Part shown: positions 1-13,836 of the stretch, one piece after another
Layout of the letters: every line of letters begins with the position of its first letter
How positions within the stretch are numbered: position 1 is the stretch's first letter
Source of the DNA: Octopus sinensis
Taxonomy: Eukaryota
DNA length: 64,000 nt
Assembly: GCF_006345805.1 (NCBI RefSeq)
Contig: NC_042998.1
Span: forward strand, 165,354,001-165,418,000
Reading direction: 5' to 3'
Program-made: the position numbers and the translations under genes
Notes under the pieces: generated by a model
Database searches by the model: none
The model's input: the letters and a program-made list of their open reading frames with translations, nothing else
Told to the model about the DNA's origin: nothing

Positions 1-610
1 TACACATCTTTACAAACACCTTTCCAGTCTCATACTACCATACATTTTAACCCTGCTTGCTGAATTATGAAAACAAATCGCCATCAGCTGGATTCGAACT
101 CATAACTCAGGAATTAAAGGGACGTAATTAAATGCAGCAATGCATTTTAATTCGTCACTCACAAACTTTGCCAAACCCAGCGCATTAATAGCTTCAACAA
201 CAAGAACAAAACTACAAGAGTAACAACAACAACAAAAAACTGAAACAAGCAAGCAAGCAACGTCAGTAAAACCGCGAAAATCGATAGTACTGAATGGAGT
301 AGAAATTAGAGCGAATCTCTTGGATACCAGTTCCTCTCTAAAACTGGTATCTTAGCAACAGCGAATTATAGGAAATTTGTCAATAATTCGGTGTTGTCCC
401 TAATTAGGTCTGCTGATATGGCAATCAGTTTTGGTTCTGGAGATTTACAATGAAGACCAGAACACTTCGACTGATATTCAGCAAAATATGGAAACCAACG
501 AGCAGCATGGCATCTCCCTAGTTTCTTGTTTGTGTGGCAAATTTTAAAATCTATTTCCTGTGTAGGAACACCAAATAAAACTGTTGGATACGCACTGAGT
601 ATAGATACAA

Positions 611-830
611 TATGTATGCATAAATATGTATGAATGCATTTTTATACGTATGTGTGAGTGCATTTATGCATGTTTGTGGTTATGTATGTATGTATGCATG
701 TATGTGTACATATGTATGTGTACATATGTATGTATGCATGTATGTGTACATATGTATGCATGTACGTATGTATGCATGTATGCAGGTATTTATATATGTA
801 TGTATGTATATATCTTCGTACATAGACACA
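611..830. repeat. compound (TATG)n/(TG)n microsatellite
   Basis: Degenerate tatg/tgta tandem units; this explains ORFs 626-950 and 642-940. Confidence 0.95.
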
Positions 831-1209
831 CATGTACAAATACATTGCAAATATACAAACACCTCTAAATCTAATGCTAGGATGTATGAATATATTTTAG
901 GAATCCACTTCGGAAGAAGGAAAACCACAGCTGAATTCATCTGGATTTGAAATCAGAATGTAAAGGAATTCATTGTTATAGGTCACTCACCGATTTTGCT
1001 AAATCCATTTGCCCTGTCGACAACAACAATAACAGCAACAACAATAACAACAACAACAATAGCAAATAGCAGAATAAAGAAAATATAATTATATGAATAT
1101 GCCTCTGTGCGTGTATGTGCATACAAATATATGGATATATCCATATGCTTGTGTATGTATATGTTTATGTATGCAAGCACACACACACACATAAACACAG
1201 ACACAAACA

Positions 1210-1293
<84 letters not shown>

Positions 1294-1554
1294 TCGTTTT
1301 CTAATATACACAGTATAAAGATACAAAGTACAAATAGTTTCTTGCCGTGAAGGCACGTGTCTAGGCAGATTTTTATAACATGCATTGTGTCTCCAAGCAA
1401 TCCCAAGCTCTGAGCACATAGTCTGAGACACGTGTCTTCACATCTAGAAACTGTTAGTATCTCGTATCTTTATAATGTGTGTGTATTAAATGATATATTA
1501 ATCTTTCACTGGATGGAGTACTTTGTTTGTCGATCTTATCTAAATGGAACAGGA

Positions 1555-1593
<39 letters not shown>

Positions 1594-1835
1594 TATATAC
1601 ATGTATTAATTGAAATACCCGATATTGCCCACGTTGTTCGAGTTCTAATCCAAAAGTGTGTTGCTGACATATATTTAAATACAACAAAAGCTGAGCTTTA
1701 CTGGAAGCACTTGCCTTTTGAATACGAAATATATTTCTGTATCAAAATTCTACTTATAAATGCATCTTCGCACATAAAACAAGTAGTCAACATAATCCGT
1801 TCTTCTATAGGCATAAGGTCTGAAGTTTTGGGAAA

Positions 1836-2194
1836 GGGGATAAGTCGATTACATCCACTCCAGTGCATAACTGGTACTTATTTAATCGACCTCAAAATGA
1901 TGAAAGACAAAGTGGACCTCGGCATGATTTGAACTCAGAATATAAAGACGGACGAGATACCAATTTCTTTACTACCCACAAGGGGCTAAACACAGAGGGA
2001 ACAAACAAGGACAGACAAAGGGATTAAGTCGATTATATCGATCCCAGTGCGTAACTGGTACTTATTTAATCGACCCCGAAAGAATGGAAAGCAAAGTCGA
2101 CCTCGGCGGAATTTGAACTCAGAAAGTAGATGCAGACGAAATACCGCTAGGCATTTCGCCCGGCGTGCTAATGTTTCTGCCAGCTCGCCGCCTT
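1836..2194 (-). mobile_element. tRNA-derived SINE family A (Deu/Nin-like core): full copy (~1957-2194) joined to an older partial unit (~1836-1956)
   Basis: Minus strand reads ggcggcgagctggcagaaacattagc...gagttcaaattccgccgaggtcgactttg...taaataagtaccag...aaagaaat. A/B-box-like head; more than 10 related copies in the window. The core resembles the Deu-domain motif GTCAACTCAGCCTTCCATCCTT...GGTCG.TAAAATGAGTACC (recalled). Confidence 0.85.
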
Positions 2195-2424
2195 CAGGCA
2201 GTTAAAATAATGGCATGAATAATATAAGGCATTATTGCATATGTGCTTTATGGACTCTTCTCGAAGAATTCAGTAAATTGTGTTGTTTTTCAGTGAGAGT
2301 GACATAGTTCTGAACAGGAAATTTACATCACCCCAGTTTTTCTAAAAGTGATAACTTGATTTTATTTAGTTCAATATATTTACAACGAATCCAGCAAGAC
2401 ACTCTCTATTTTTATTTATGCGCC

Positions 2425-2720
2425 CTTTTCAAGCCTAACCAGGCTCATGGGCCCGGTTTCCCAGTTTCTGTGGCGTATATGTTCCCCCCAGCTGGACGGG
2501 ACGCCAGTCCATCGCAGCGTTACTCAAGAAACGGGAAGAAAGAGTGAGAGAAAGTTGGGGCGAAAGAGTACAGCAGGGGTCGCCACCACCCCCTGCCGGA
2601 GCCTCGTGGAGCTTTAGATGTTTTCGCTCAATAAATACACACAACGCTCGGTCTGGGAATCGAAACCGTGATCCTCCGACCGCAATCCGCTGCCCTAACC
2701 ACTGGGCCATTGCACCTCCA
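2425..2720 (-). mobile_element. tRNA-derived SINE family C (Meta/V-type conserved core)
   Basis: Minus strand tggaggtgcaatggcccagtggttagggcagcgg...ggtttcgattcc head and ctgcgatggactggcgtcccgtccag core; a degenerate relative lies at 13503-13682. Confidence 0.75.
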
Positions 2721-2977
2721 GTAAGACACTGTACATTGAGTTTAAACTTTTGATAGCTTCTTTACAAAGAGAATGAAAACTGATTGATAAGAATCTAAAC
2801 CAAACAAGTTTTCTTCTATAAATTCCTAACTTTGCGGTAGATGACTGGCTGCGTATAATTTTATAAGTAGTAAAGAAGCAACGAATATTTTTCAAAGAAT
2901 TTAATAAGGTACTTCATCCTCAATGTTGAATTCAAACGTCTTCTTCGTGGAACTCAAGTGGTATGATTCTAAGCAAT

Positions 2978-3077
2978 NNNNNNNNNNNNNNNNNNNNNNN
3001 NNNNNNNNNNNNNNNNNNNNNNNNNNNNNNNNNNNNNNNNNNNNNNNNNNNNNNNNNNNNNNNNNNNNNNNNNNNNN
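2978..3077. other. assembly gap (100 N)
   Basis: Run of exactly 100 n. Confidence 1.
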
Positions 3078-3419
3078 CTACGTATCTTTTAATGGGTAAC
3101 TACGACTACATTACATGACATCTAGTTCTCTTTTATCTCACTATGGAAAAGATTTGAGGTCGATTTGGCGACTATTTCTAGCACTCGAAAATCAACCAAC
3201 TGCTTCATGCTAATTAGTACTGAAATTGATTGTTGCGCCAATGTTTTCAGCCTCTGAAATCAGTATCTTTTTTTCACTACATTAGATATCTTAGCGCTTA
3301 ACTTTTAAAGAACCTTTGATACAATTGATACAATAATATTTAAGGAAGATTTAGAACGGAAGGCCACGGTTTTGGCGTTTGGAATTTTCTTAAAAAGAGG
3401 CATTAACATTATATTTTCA

Positions 3420-3791
3420 TAGACTTAATCCTAGTTCCTTCAGTACAGTTGGCCTGTACATCGAGAAACAAGATGTCTCCATTCATCCCACCTTTGAGTA
3501 TAGTCACCTGCATCTTCCGAAGTGATTTTAAGTTGCTTCAGATCTTCTTTGAAGGATGACAAGTCATATCTTCTTAGGTTTCCACTCCCTTCTTCCTTTG
3601 TCTCTCTGGTGGTGCCCATTGTTTAGCTATCTTGGGTATTCGTTCTTCTGACAGTCAGAAAACGTGATCTACAAGTTTCGCTTTTCTTTCTACTACTGCC
3701 TTCTTCAGGCTGTGCAAATTTGCTCTTCTCAGAACTTCAGAATTTCTGATTCTATCTCTGTAGAGGACCTTGAGTATTCTGCATAGACACC
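3420..3791 (-). mobile_element. RTE-clade LINE 3' end fragment (decayed ORF C-terminus)
   Basis: Minus-strand translation CLCRILKVLYRDRIRNSEVLRRANLHSLKKAVVERKAKLVDHVF*LSEERIPKIAKQWAPP...FKEDLKQLKIT...WRHLVSRC matches the RTE post-RT C-terminal pattern. Confidence 0.8.
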
Positions 3792-5378
3792 ATATTATAT
3801 ATGAAGAAAAATAGATATTCAGATTGGAATAATACCCGCATATTGAATCGTCTTAATATTGCAGTGCTTGCCAGGAAAAAAGGTAGAATGAATTACTCTA
3901 AAATAGTTTTAGCACTTAAGTACAACTGGGTTTTCCTAGAATTCTGTGGAAAAGGTCTAAGTTACTTAAGAGTCTGACAACAAATGCTGACAGACAAAGC
4001 GTCGGCATATCTAATTAGATTACAATGAACGACCTCTGTGATGTTGACAAATCGATTATTATTATTATTACTATTATTAATGTTGTTGCTCTTGTTTCTA
4101 GATTGCATGCACGAAGTGTATTTTTCTCTCTCTTCTCATAAATGCAATCAACGTCGTAAATAAATTCCCAAAAGATTATAACTCAATAATTACACACACA
4201 CACAGACACACATGTACACACACATATACATTACACACACACGCACGCGAATATATATGCATGAAATGTATACATACGTACTTACATATATTCACTGAAA
4301 ATATTTTTTACATCTAAAGGTGATCACCTGTAAGAATTTATATGCGTATGGGCGTATGTATATATATTTTTACATATATATACGTTGAAATATACTTTGA
4401 GTACCTGTAAGTATGTATTTGTATATTATAAAGTGTATGTGTATATATGTGAGTATGTGTGTATGTGTGTTTGTATGTGTGTGTATGTGTGTATGTGTGG
4501 GTATGCATATTTGTATATATGCCTCATAAATATTTTCTTCATATGTTTATGTGACGACTTGTATCAGTATTACAAAGGATGTGCATATGTGTGTGAGTGT
4601 GTGTATGTATGTATGTGCGTATGCATGCATGGATACGTGTATGCATGTATGTGTGTATGCAAATATGCATGCATGCATGTATGTATGCATGCATGTATGT
4701 GTATGTTTGCATGTATATATGTACGTATGTATGCATGCATGCGTGTAAGTATGTATGTATGTATGTGTGTATGTATGTATGTATGTATGTATGTATATGT
4801 GTGTTGTGTGTGTGTGTGTGTGTGTAGCACCAAGGGTTAAGGGATTGTACTCAAGAGAAAAAACAAAGTTGTGATCCCATATGTTTCTCTATATCGTTAA
4901 AGAAACGCACATGGTAAAAAGTAATGACTTCTTCGAAACACAGCTGAGAAATTTTACACATTTTTCTTAGTATCCTAAAAACAAAAGGAAAATGACGACC
5001 TTATGTCGAAGCTTAAAGATATACCATAATTAGTATTTGAATTCTTTCCCTCCAAATACCTGCAAATCAATCTTCATTCTGATCCTGTAAATTAGATATG
5101 GCGCTAGTGAGTTGTGAAAAAAAAATGAATATATGGGAGAAAACTATAAAAGGAAACAGAAATTACAAACAATCCAAAATTACGAACAAGAAAAAAAAAA
5201 TGGAAACAAAGAAAGCTAAACATGAATCTTTCCGTCAAGGAAGTCTTACTTTTCGTATAACAAAATTATGACTGTTAAATCTATTCAATTAAATAAGGAT
5301 ATTTCGAAAGAAAACTCGAAATAAAATTGATTTGAAAGAGTCATATTCCTAGAGAAAGAATGAGAGCGAAGAGAGAGA

Positions 5379-5414
<36 letters not shown>

Positions 5415-6072
5415 AAGTGAGAGAAAGAAGAGAGTCACATAGAAAGCGGCAATTAAATCATAGAAACATGTGTGAACATTTAAGAGTACTTTAGCAAATA
5501 ATATCGATATTATTGACATCGACGCCAGTTTCTCTCATTTCATAAAAACTTTATTCAATGATCACTTTCTTCTTTTCATGCCTTATTGATTAACACACAC
5601 ACACTGGTTCGATTTCCACTCATTTAATTATTTATTATTATTTTTTAAAATTTTCTTTGCTTCTTGCAACCTCTTCAATAGTTGTTGATCCTGTCTGTTA
5701 TCGGAGTTGTGTTCTACATGTTTGTGTGTGCGTCAGCGCGCACGTGTATACACATATGTATGTATATGTGTGTATGTAGGTGCTTGTCTGTCCTTATTGC
5801 CTATGTATGTATGTATGTATGTATCTATCTATGTCGGCATGGATATGAAGCAAAGTTTACCTCCACTGGATTTGAACTCAGAATGCAAGACGACAAATAG
5901 CCCAACAATAAATGTACTATTTTCATATCCGCTACACTTTTAACAGTTTCCCAATGCTGGAATCTAGGGAGATCAAGGAAGAATTTATGAAATGACAATA
6001 TCATCTCTATAAAATCTAAAAACCTAAACATCGGGAAGTATATATATATATATTATATATATATATATATAT

Positions 6073-6125
<53 letters not shown>

Positions 6126-6885
6126 TGTGTGTGTGGTGTGTGTGTGTGTGTGTGTATCCATAAATACATATGGTTCCTCTTAGACCCACCTTCATCCTCA
6201 TATATGGACGTGTGTGTATGGATGTGTATGGCTATGTGTGTGTATATATATATATATATAGGCATTATAAATATATATATGGAGAGGGAGAGAGGTGGAA
6301 ACGGGGAAAATTGCTATGTATATGTAGAAATATTTCCGCAAAAACTAGATTGAAAGATGAATAATAAATGCATTATTTGTAAATCTCACTGATTTACTGA
6401 AAGCCTTGAATTTCTGACGGCCTGTTTTAATATCACCATCGACCGTACCTTAGAATGTAATAAATGTATTCTAGCCTCCTCATTAGCGAAAGAATACAGT
6501 GGAATTAACAATTACTGAACTTTCTTTGCTGAGCCTGTAAATTATGTCTGGAAATCGTCACAAGCAATTATTGTTTCAAATTTTGGCACAAGGCTAGCAG
6601 TTTTGAGGTAGAAGGATTGTAATTTACAATGAACCCCAGTATTTAGCTGGTATTTATCGATGCCCGGTATCTAGCTGGTATCTAGATACATACTGATCTA
6701 GAAATCAAACAAACTAATCTACTAAAACTACAACTAACTCAATCAAACAAAACATCTAATTCAACAAACAACCTTATTACATCAACCTTGATGAGATAAA
6801 AAAACCTTATTACATCAACCTTGATGAGATAAAAAAACAAAATTAACCCCTGTGAAATTTGAACAGAGAAAGTAATGAGTTAGAA

Positions 6886-7046
6886 CAGTAGTTTCCAACC
6901 TTTTCACAATGGTTCTCTACCCTTTTATTTAAATGAGTTTTCGCACGGACCCCTTTTAATATGCTTATCCTTATATATATATATATGAAATTTTGATTTA
7001 GTTCACGGACTCCCAGTACTACCTTTGTGGACTATCAGGGGTCCGC
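6886..7046. mobile_element. possible hAT-type MITE remnant
   Basis: cagtagtttccaacc start and repeated ggacccc/ggggtccgc subterminal motifs; no second terminus found. Confidence 0.3.
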
Positions 7047-7139
7047 AACGCAACTAAGCATTTTATGCGACGCTGTAGTTAATCGACGATCTTGAAATCT
7101 TCACAAGTAGAAATGTTGATTTTAATGTTGGTACAGGGC

Positions 7140-7435
7140 CAGCAATATCAGGCAGGGTGTAAGTTGATTACATTGACCGCAGTGTTTAACTGGTACCTAT
7201 TTCATCGACCCTGAGAGGACAAAAAGCAAATTTGACTTCCGTGGAATTTGAACTAAGAGCGTAAAGGCGGACGAAATGTCGCTTGCTCAAGCAGAAATAT
7301 TGATTTCAAATTCTGGAATAAAGCCAGCAAGTTCAGATAACTCGATTGTACTTATTTCCTCGACCCCGAAGATATGAAAGGTAAAGTCGACCTCGGTGGA
7401 ATTTGAACACAGAACGTGAAGACGGCCGAAGGTTG
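7140..7435 (-). mobile_element. two degenerate SINE family A copies
   Basis: Two successive ...atcgacccc..gaaag..aaagtcgacctcgg.ggaatttgaac motifs. Confidence 0.7.
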
Positions 7436-7564
7436 AGAATGATTCAAAACGCCTTTCATGAACTATAAAATATTAGTGAGTTCAAATCCTGCAAAGTTCT
7501 ATTTTACCTTTCAATCTTCGGGAAAGCGATAAATGAAATACTCTCTCTCTCTCTCCTCTCTCTG

Positions 7565-7583
7565 TATCTATCTATCTATCTAC

Positions 7584-7670
<87 letters not shown>
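7565..7670. repeat. (TATC)n microsatellite
   Basis: Long near-perfect tatc array. Confidence 0.95.
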
Positions 7671-8106
7671 AAGATTGATAGATTGAAGGGTAAAGGGTAA
7701 AGGATTACTGAATGAGGTTATAAAGAAATAAGGAGTGGAGTCAACGTTGGTCCACACAAATTTCAAATATATATATATATTTGCGTGTAGTTTTGTTGAA
7801 TCTGAAATGATAATCCGTTTTTCACAGCTGTGTATAACCGATGATCAGACATGTGTCGGGGAACAAGTTCTTCAGACAAAATGTTTTGCTAAATCACATC
7901 GTGTTTAGATGGAAAAATCTGTTCTCCGTAGACGAACTACATCAGCCAAAGGCGTATTCACATCTAAATTTGTTGGAATGTATTAACACACACACACACA
8001 CACACATACTTATATATATAGAGAGAGATTTGACTATACATACATATATAAACACACACATATATATTTGAATACACACACACACACACACATATATATA
8101 TATTTA

Positions 8107-8605
8107 CAGGGCGAGGCAGAAAGCGCAGACTTTTTTGAAAAATTCACAAAATCATTAATTTTACCTGCAAACAAATTTTATTGACATCAATGTGTTTGTA
8201 TTGAATTAGGAATTGTCAAAATCAAGTATAGAAAACAACATCCATCAAGTGATGTCCGTTTTCATTGATGCATTTCTGAAGGCCGTCTTGGAAGTTGGCC
8301 TCCACTTTCTCCAGCAATGCTCTGTCGATTTGGTGGACTTCCACGCGAACAGCTTTCTTCATATCATCGAATGTACGGGGCTTATGCACATATGCACGTG
8401 CTTTGGTGTTTCTCCTCAAGAAATAATCACAAAATGGACATATCAGGGGTCTGAGGGGGCTAAGAAATGTCAGCAAACCTGGAAATGAAGTGGTCACCCC
8501 GAAAAGAGGGAGAAGAACGTCAATTGATGCTTTGGCTGCGTGGGACACCGCCCCATCCTGCTCAAACCACACACGTGGAATAGGCATATTCCTTCTCTCT
8601 CTGTC
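8107..8605 (-). pseudogene. Tc1/mariner transposase C-terminal remnant (maT/rosa-like) with one terminus
   Basis: ORF 8222-8587: VWFEQDGAVSHAA...SPLRPLICPFCDYFLRRNTKARAYVHKPRTFDDMKKAVR...NFQDGLQKCINENGHHL, equivalent to WFQQDGA / SPDLTPCDFFLWG motifs. The end TA|cagggcgaggc lies at 8105-8117. Confidence 0.85.
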
Positions 8606-8760
8606 TCAACATCCAAACTTCCTCATTCTACATCGAGCGAAAGACGGGATGGACGCTTCGTTTTTGTGTTGGTGCCCCACTCTGTCGTACGCGACTGAGG
8701 ATTTGCATCCCCAACGTAAAACTCATAATGTAATACATGTCCTTGAAGTAGTAATTGTAC

Positions 8761-8826
8761 GCGGCTGAAGAAAGCCGTAGACACACCACATTATGCATTG
8801 TTATAAAACCGAAACATATGTACCGC
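8761..8826 (+). ncRNA. type I hammerhead ribozyme motif (helix II degenerate)
   Basis: gcgg|CTGAAGA|...|GAA|ACATATGT|A|ccgc: helix I gcgg/ccgc, intact core, palindromic helix III, GUA cleavage triplet. Confidence 0.6.
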
Positions 8827-8859
8827 TGAATCCTTGGCATCATGTTTTTATTTTGATTA

Positions 8860-8894
<35 letters not shown>

Positions 8895-10525
8895 ATTATA
8901 TATTATATATATATATATATATAATATATATATATATATCATATATATATATATTCATATATATATATAATATATATATATATATATAATATATATATAT
9001 AATATATATATATATATCATATATATATTCATATATATATATATATATATATAGACATATCCCTCTTGTTTTGCGTGCTCCTGATAACTTAATACACACA
9101 CATACACACTCATACAAACATACATGCAGACTTACATCAACACAACAGTAGTGCACAAACAATTATTTATATGTCTAAGCTTCAGGAGTGAACCGTCTGC
9201 GTTGCTGATTTTGTATTTTTATTTCATTTATTGCGAGTTTTAATACACTAGAAAATACAGATACGCCATAAATAGGTTCAGGTATGTATGCGTGTTTGTT
9301 AATGTACGTGTACTTTTGATCGTGTGTGCGTGCCTGTGCATTTGCCTCTGTGTCTCTGTATGTATGATGCTATGTGAAATCAGTATCTTAAAAACACACA
9401 AGATTTTGTGACAATTTTTACTAAACTTATTAACTTAAGGCATGAATTTTAAAAAATTGCACCCGAGCGAACACCATTTTCAGTTTTCAGAGTTGATACT
9501 CGTTAATTCTTCAAAAAGTTACTGAAACTTTCACAGGTCACAAGGTGCCTGTTTAACCGCTCTAAGATTACTGTTGGATGTAAAAATGTAAAATGTTTGA
9601 GTGGAAGTTTGATATAACAACGTCTTCATATTAATGAATTGAAAACGTCATCATCACCATTTTCATCGGCAAAGGATCCTGTGATGGAGATTCCGCGCGG
9701 TAGGCGTGTACGTTGGAAACATCAGCTAAATCTATCTCAAAACGCTTTTTCATCTCACAAAAAGGAAGATATGCTAGATAAAGTTGCACAAAATATACAA
9801 ACAAGATGGGATATTTATGGTTTGAAAACATTTGTGTATGTTTATCTGAAAAAAAAAAATAACTTGAAATAAATCAACAACAATAGGAAAAAGAAAAGGA
9901 ATGAGTAATAGAGAATATCAAGATTTGATTCAGTTGGGAATATATCAGAATTTTCCTCTCTTATTGAAATAAGCAAAACAGGAACGGAAGATGTATCTCA
10001 TTAAGACGGGTCCTAACGAAAGAAGGAATTTTAATGAGGATGATAACAAAATATGTGAAGATCATTTTGGCAACAAAGTCTCCAATTTGGCGAACCGAAG
10101 AACCGTGAAAAAGACTTCTCATTGATTACGCAGCCATTGCATAGAAAATATTTAGCCATTGTGAAAGGTATAAACATTATTATTAATTATCAATCATCTG
10201 GTGAGGAAGTTAAGGTTTAACATTCAAACATTTGCAAAACTTTCATGTGAAGTGTTTATGCTTAAAACATTTAAATGATTAAAAAATGGTTTGGTATTTT
10301 ACACTTCACAGCCACATACATCCCGAGGCACGCACGTACAAAATAGTGCAACGGAAATGTTTTTCTGTTTTTCTTTTTTTTTCAAGAATACAAGTATGTT
10401 CGTACAACTTATATGAATATACTTACGCACTTATGTCCATACAGATATATCACTAAACTATATTCAATATATAAGGTATACGGTATATATATATATATAT
10501 TATATATGTATATGTGTGTGTGTGT

Positions 10526-10563
<38 letters not shown>

Positions 10564-10653
10564 TGTGTGTGTTTGCGTGTGTGTGTGTGTATATAATAAA
10601 TCCCACTCCAAGCAAAAAACGCCAAAGTTTCCACATGTGGTTAAACACACACG

Positions 10654-10689
<36 letters not shown>

Positions 10690-10701
10690 CACGCACACAC
10701 G

Positions 10702-10733
<32 letters not shown>

Positions 10734-10921
10734 CACGCACACACGCATACACACACATATATATATTAACATGTCATGTACATGTATATGGATATATGTT
10801 ATATTCATATGAATATACATATATATATATATGAATATATATAAATGTATATACATATATACACACATTTATGCATATACCTACATACTTATAAATATAT
10901 ATATATACACATATTTATATA

Positions 10922-10975
<54 letters not shown>

Positions 10976-10999
10976 CACATCTATATACGCATATATACC

Positions 11000-11032
<33 letters not shown>

Positions 11033-11215
11033 ATATATATACACACACACAGATTTATATATATGTATACACACACACATATATATATATACATACATAC
11101 ATATAAATATATATATAAACACTCAGATATATATGTATATATATATATATATACATATATACATACATACATACATACATGCATGCATACATACATACAT
11201 ACATACATACATACA

Positions 11216-11249
<34 letters not shown>

Positions 11250-12898
11250 CAGAGAGCGAGAGAGAGAGATGAATAAAAGTTGAATACAGGCATGCCCTTA
11301 AAAGCTCACAAAGGTGGAGCCCAAGACGGATTCCTCTTATTCTTGCTAAGCGCTGGACCAATTAATGAATTTCTAAACATGTGCTGATGTCAGAAAACTT
11401 GTACAACATAAATTATACACCAGCAAATAAACCAATCAGCATTATGAAGAAACAAAACAAGCAAAATATATAATAAATAAAGCACGAACGCTTATGCATT
11501 GTAATGATTCTACAGAGATACGGTCAGCAATTCAATTAGGCAGACGTTGGCAGGGTTTAAAAGAGATAACCGCTTGCCGTTAGCATCGGAATAATCGATC
11601 ATAGATTCAACAGGTGACTAGAGAGGCTTAATGCAAATATCAGGCATTGTTACGGTTAGTAATAAGGGTTAAACTGATTAATTGGTGCTGAAATCAAAAG
11701 GGTTTCTTAAGAATTCAAACTATATGGAGTTAATGTTTAATCAGTGAGACATCCTTTCACTTAATACTCCAAGACGGGCATTATGATTCTCCTTACCTTC
11801 CTTTCATTTTTCTTTCTATTTATATATCTATCCTTATATTTTCCATATCCTTCTGTCTCTGCCTTTCTGTGTTCTCTCTCATGTATAATACCGAGATCTC
11901 ACTCAACTTGATCTTCACAATAAATTTCACAATCCTTTTATTATACATTCATGTCATTAGTAAATGTTCTGTTATTGTTACACCCACTTTATAATAATTA
12001 TTTACACTATAAGCACAATAGCTGAAAAATTAGAGAAAGGATAATTGGTTATTTCATCGACTCTGAAAAGATGAAAGGGAAGTCGATCTCAATGAAATTT
12101 GAACTCAGGACTGACAACCGAAAGAAGTGTCACTAAGCATTTTGATAACCATTCTGCTGTTTGCGACCTTGAAAAATGTCATCGGGTACCGACATCATCT
12201 TTTTACATACCTAATTTTTCTCTAATATATCTTCTTGTAAGACGGCTGTGGGCAGCTATGTAGCAGATTCCTCATGTGATTCACACCCCAATAGTTACAT
12301 ATAAAAGTAATAAATCTATACAATAAAAAAGAAAAGATTAAAGAAATACTATGCCTGCGCCTGGACACACATGCACGCGCGAGCACCACCACCCCACACA
12401 CAACTGAAAGATAGGAACGAATTATTATTCTATTTTTCCACTAGCAGCCAATTCACCCGTGCTTAAATGCAGTTTCTGCTGAAAAAGGAATTCGGTAGCT
12501 GCAGGTAAATGCATTTGATAAAGACGTTAGATGCATTTAAAGAACTAGGGAGGTCGTAACAATTATATCTTGCTGTGTCGGTAACAAACAACAATGACAT
12601 TCCTGTATTGTGTTAAAAATATCTGAAGAACGAACCATATTCCTGCACAGCAAAATCAAAGAAAAGGAAAAAAAAACCTTACTGTATTTGAGTATCAATG
12701 ACTGAGTCAAAAGTTTATACCAAAAAAATTTGCGATGAAATAATATATACTATTAAATGAGTTAGTTGGCAGTACAGTTAGTATATTACCAACAAAAAGC
12801 ATAGCGCCCTTAGCATAACGGCCGGTTTCATGCACGACAACTTCTCCACACAGAGGATCATACCCATAATAAAACAAAATAAAATTCATAATATATAT

Positions 12899-13012
12899 AA
12901 TTCGGTGAGAAATAAATATCATCTAATAGATACAAGTTTTTATGTCCTAATAGTTTCATATGTTGAGAAATATCTCAAACATTTTCATCAGACACGAACC
13001 ATATATCATATA

Positions 13013-13099
<87 letters not shown>

Positions 13100-13181
13100 G
13101 TTTGAGATATTTCTCAACATATGAAACTATTAGGACATAAAAACTTGTATCTATTAGATGATATTTATTTCTCACCGAATT
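12899..13181. repeat. inverted duplication, 85-bp arms (12899-12983 / 13097-13181) around (TA)n
   Basis: The arms are reverse complements (aattcggtgagaaataaatatc...ctcaaacatt). Confidence 0.95.
12941..12995 (-). ncRNA. broken hammerhead motif
   Basis: Minus strand gtgt|CTGATGA|aaatgtttgag atattt ctcaacatat|GAA|ACTATTAG|g|acat; the UH dinucleotide is replaced by a single G. Confidence 0.45.
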
Positions 13182-13502
13182 GAATAGATTTTTTATTGAT
13201 CTTACCATCACAGATGCAGCCCGTACCGTATGATCGACAGCACAGTATTGGCCCGCAGCATGTCATTACTTGTAATTATGAATTTAACACTATGAATTTA
13301 ATTAATATCTGGCTTGATTTTGCTTTATAACAAAAAGAAAATCAGGTTTGAATATAATTACTATAGTCGATATGTTCTAGTAAAACCCTTCAATGTCGTG
13401 TTCCAGCATGGTTGTAGTCCAATGACTGAAACAACTTAAAGATAAAACGTATGAACACTACTAACGACCAAAATGTTTTGAACTTCTCATGTGCATTAGT
13501 GG

Positions 13503-13682
13503 TGGAGGCATCTGAGATAGTGGTGAGGATGTTGGGCTCACGATCGTAAGATTGTGATTTCGATTCCTGGACTTGGCGATGTGTTGTATTCTTGATCAAA
13601 GCACACTTCATTTTATGTCCCATCAGTCCACTAAGCTAACAAGAATGAGTAATCCTGCGACTGACCGTCGTTTCGTCCTGTT
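13503..13682 (+). mobile_element. degenerate SINE family C copy
   Basis: tggaggcatc...gatttcgattcctgg head; aatcctgcgactgaccgtcgtttcgtcc degenerate core. Confidence 0.6.
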
Positions 13683-13805
13683 GTGTGTGTAGAGTAATAT
13701 CAGCGGGAAACAGGCCATAAGGATCTACATGACTTGGGGAGGGGCTTTATCGTTTATCTATGTTAGAAGTAATATAATATTAATATATAAAGCAGAGTTT
13801 GGGTA

Positions 13806-13836
<31 letters not shown>

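Noticed and set aside
2640-2720. tRNA gene
   Set aside because: The tRNA-like head continues into a SINE body; no complete cloverleaf.
3670-3712. CTGAAGA...GAAAC on the minus strand
   Set aside because: Lies inside RTE coding sequence; helices I-III do not form.
6770-6836. Exact 33-bp direct repeat, two copies
   Set aside because: A simple local tandem duplication with no spacer; not CRISPR-like.
9639-9872. 77-aa non-repetitive ORF
   Set aside because: No recognisable domain; length expected by chance; the flanks look like decayed DNA-transposon sequence.
12471-12503. Possible mini-exon (cag|tttctg...tgcag|gtaaat)
   Set aside because: Plausible splice signals only; no polypyrimidine tract, homology or neighbouring exons.
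12810-12870. GAA-ACCGGCCGT-T on the minus strand
   Set aside because: No upstream core or helix I partner.
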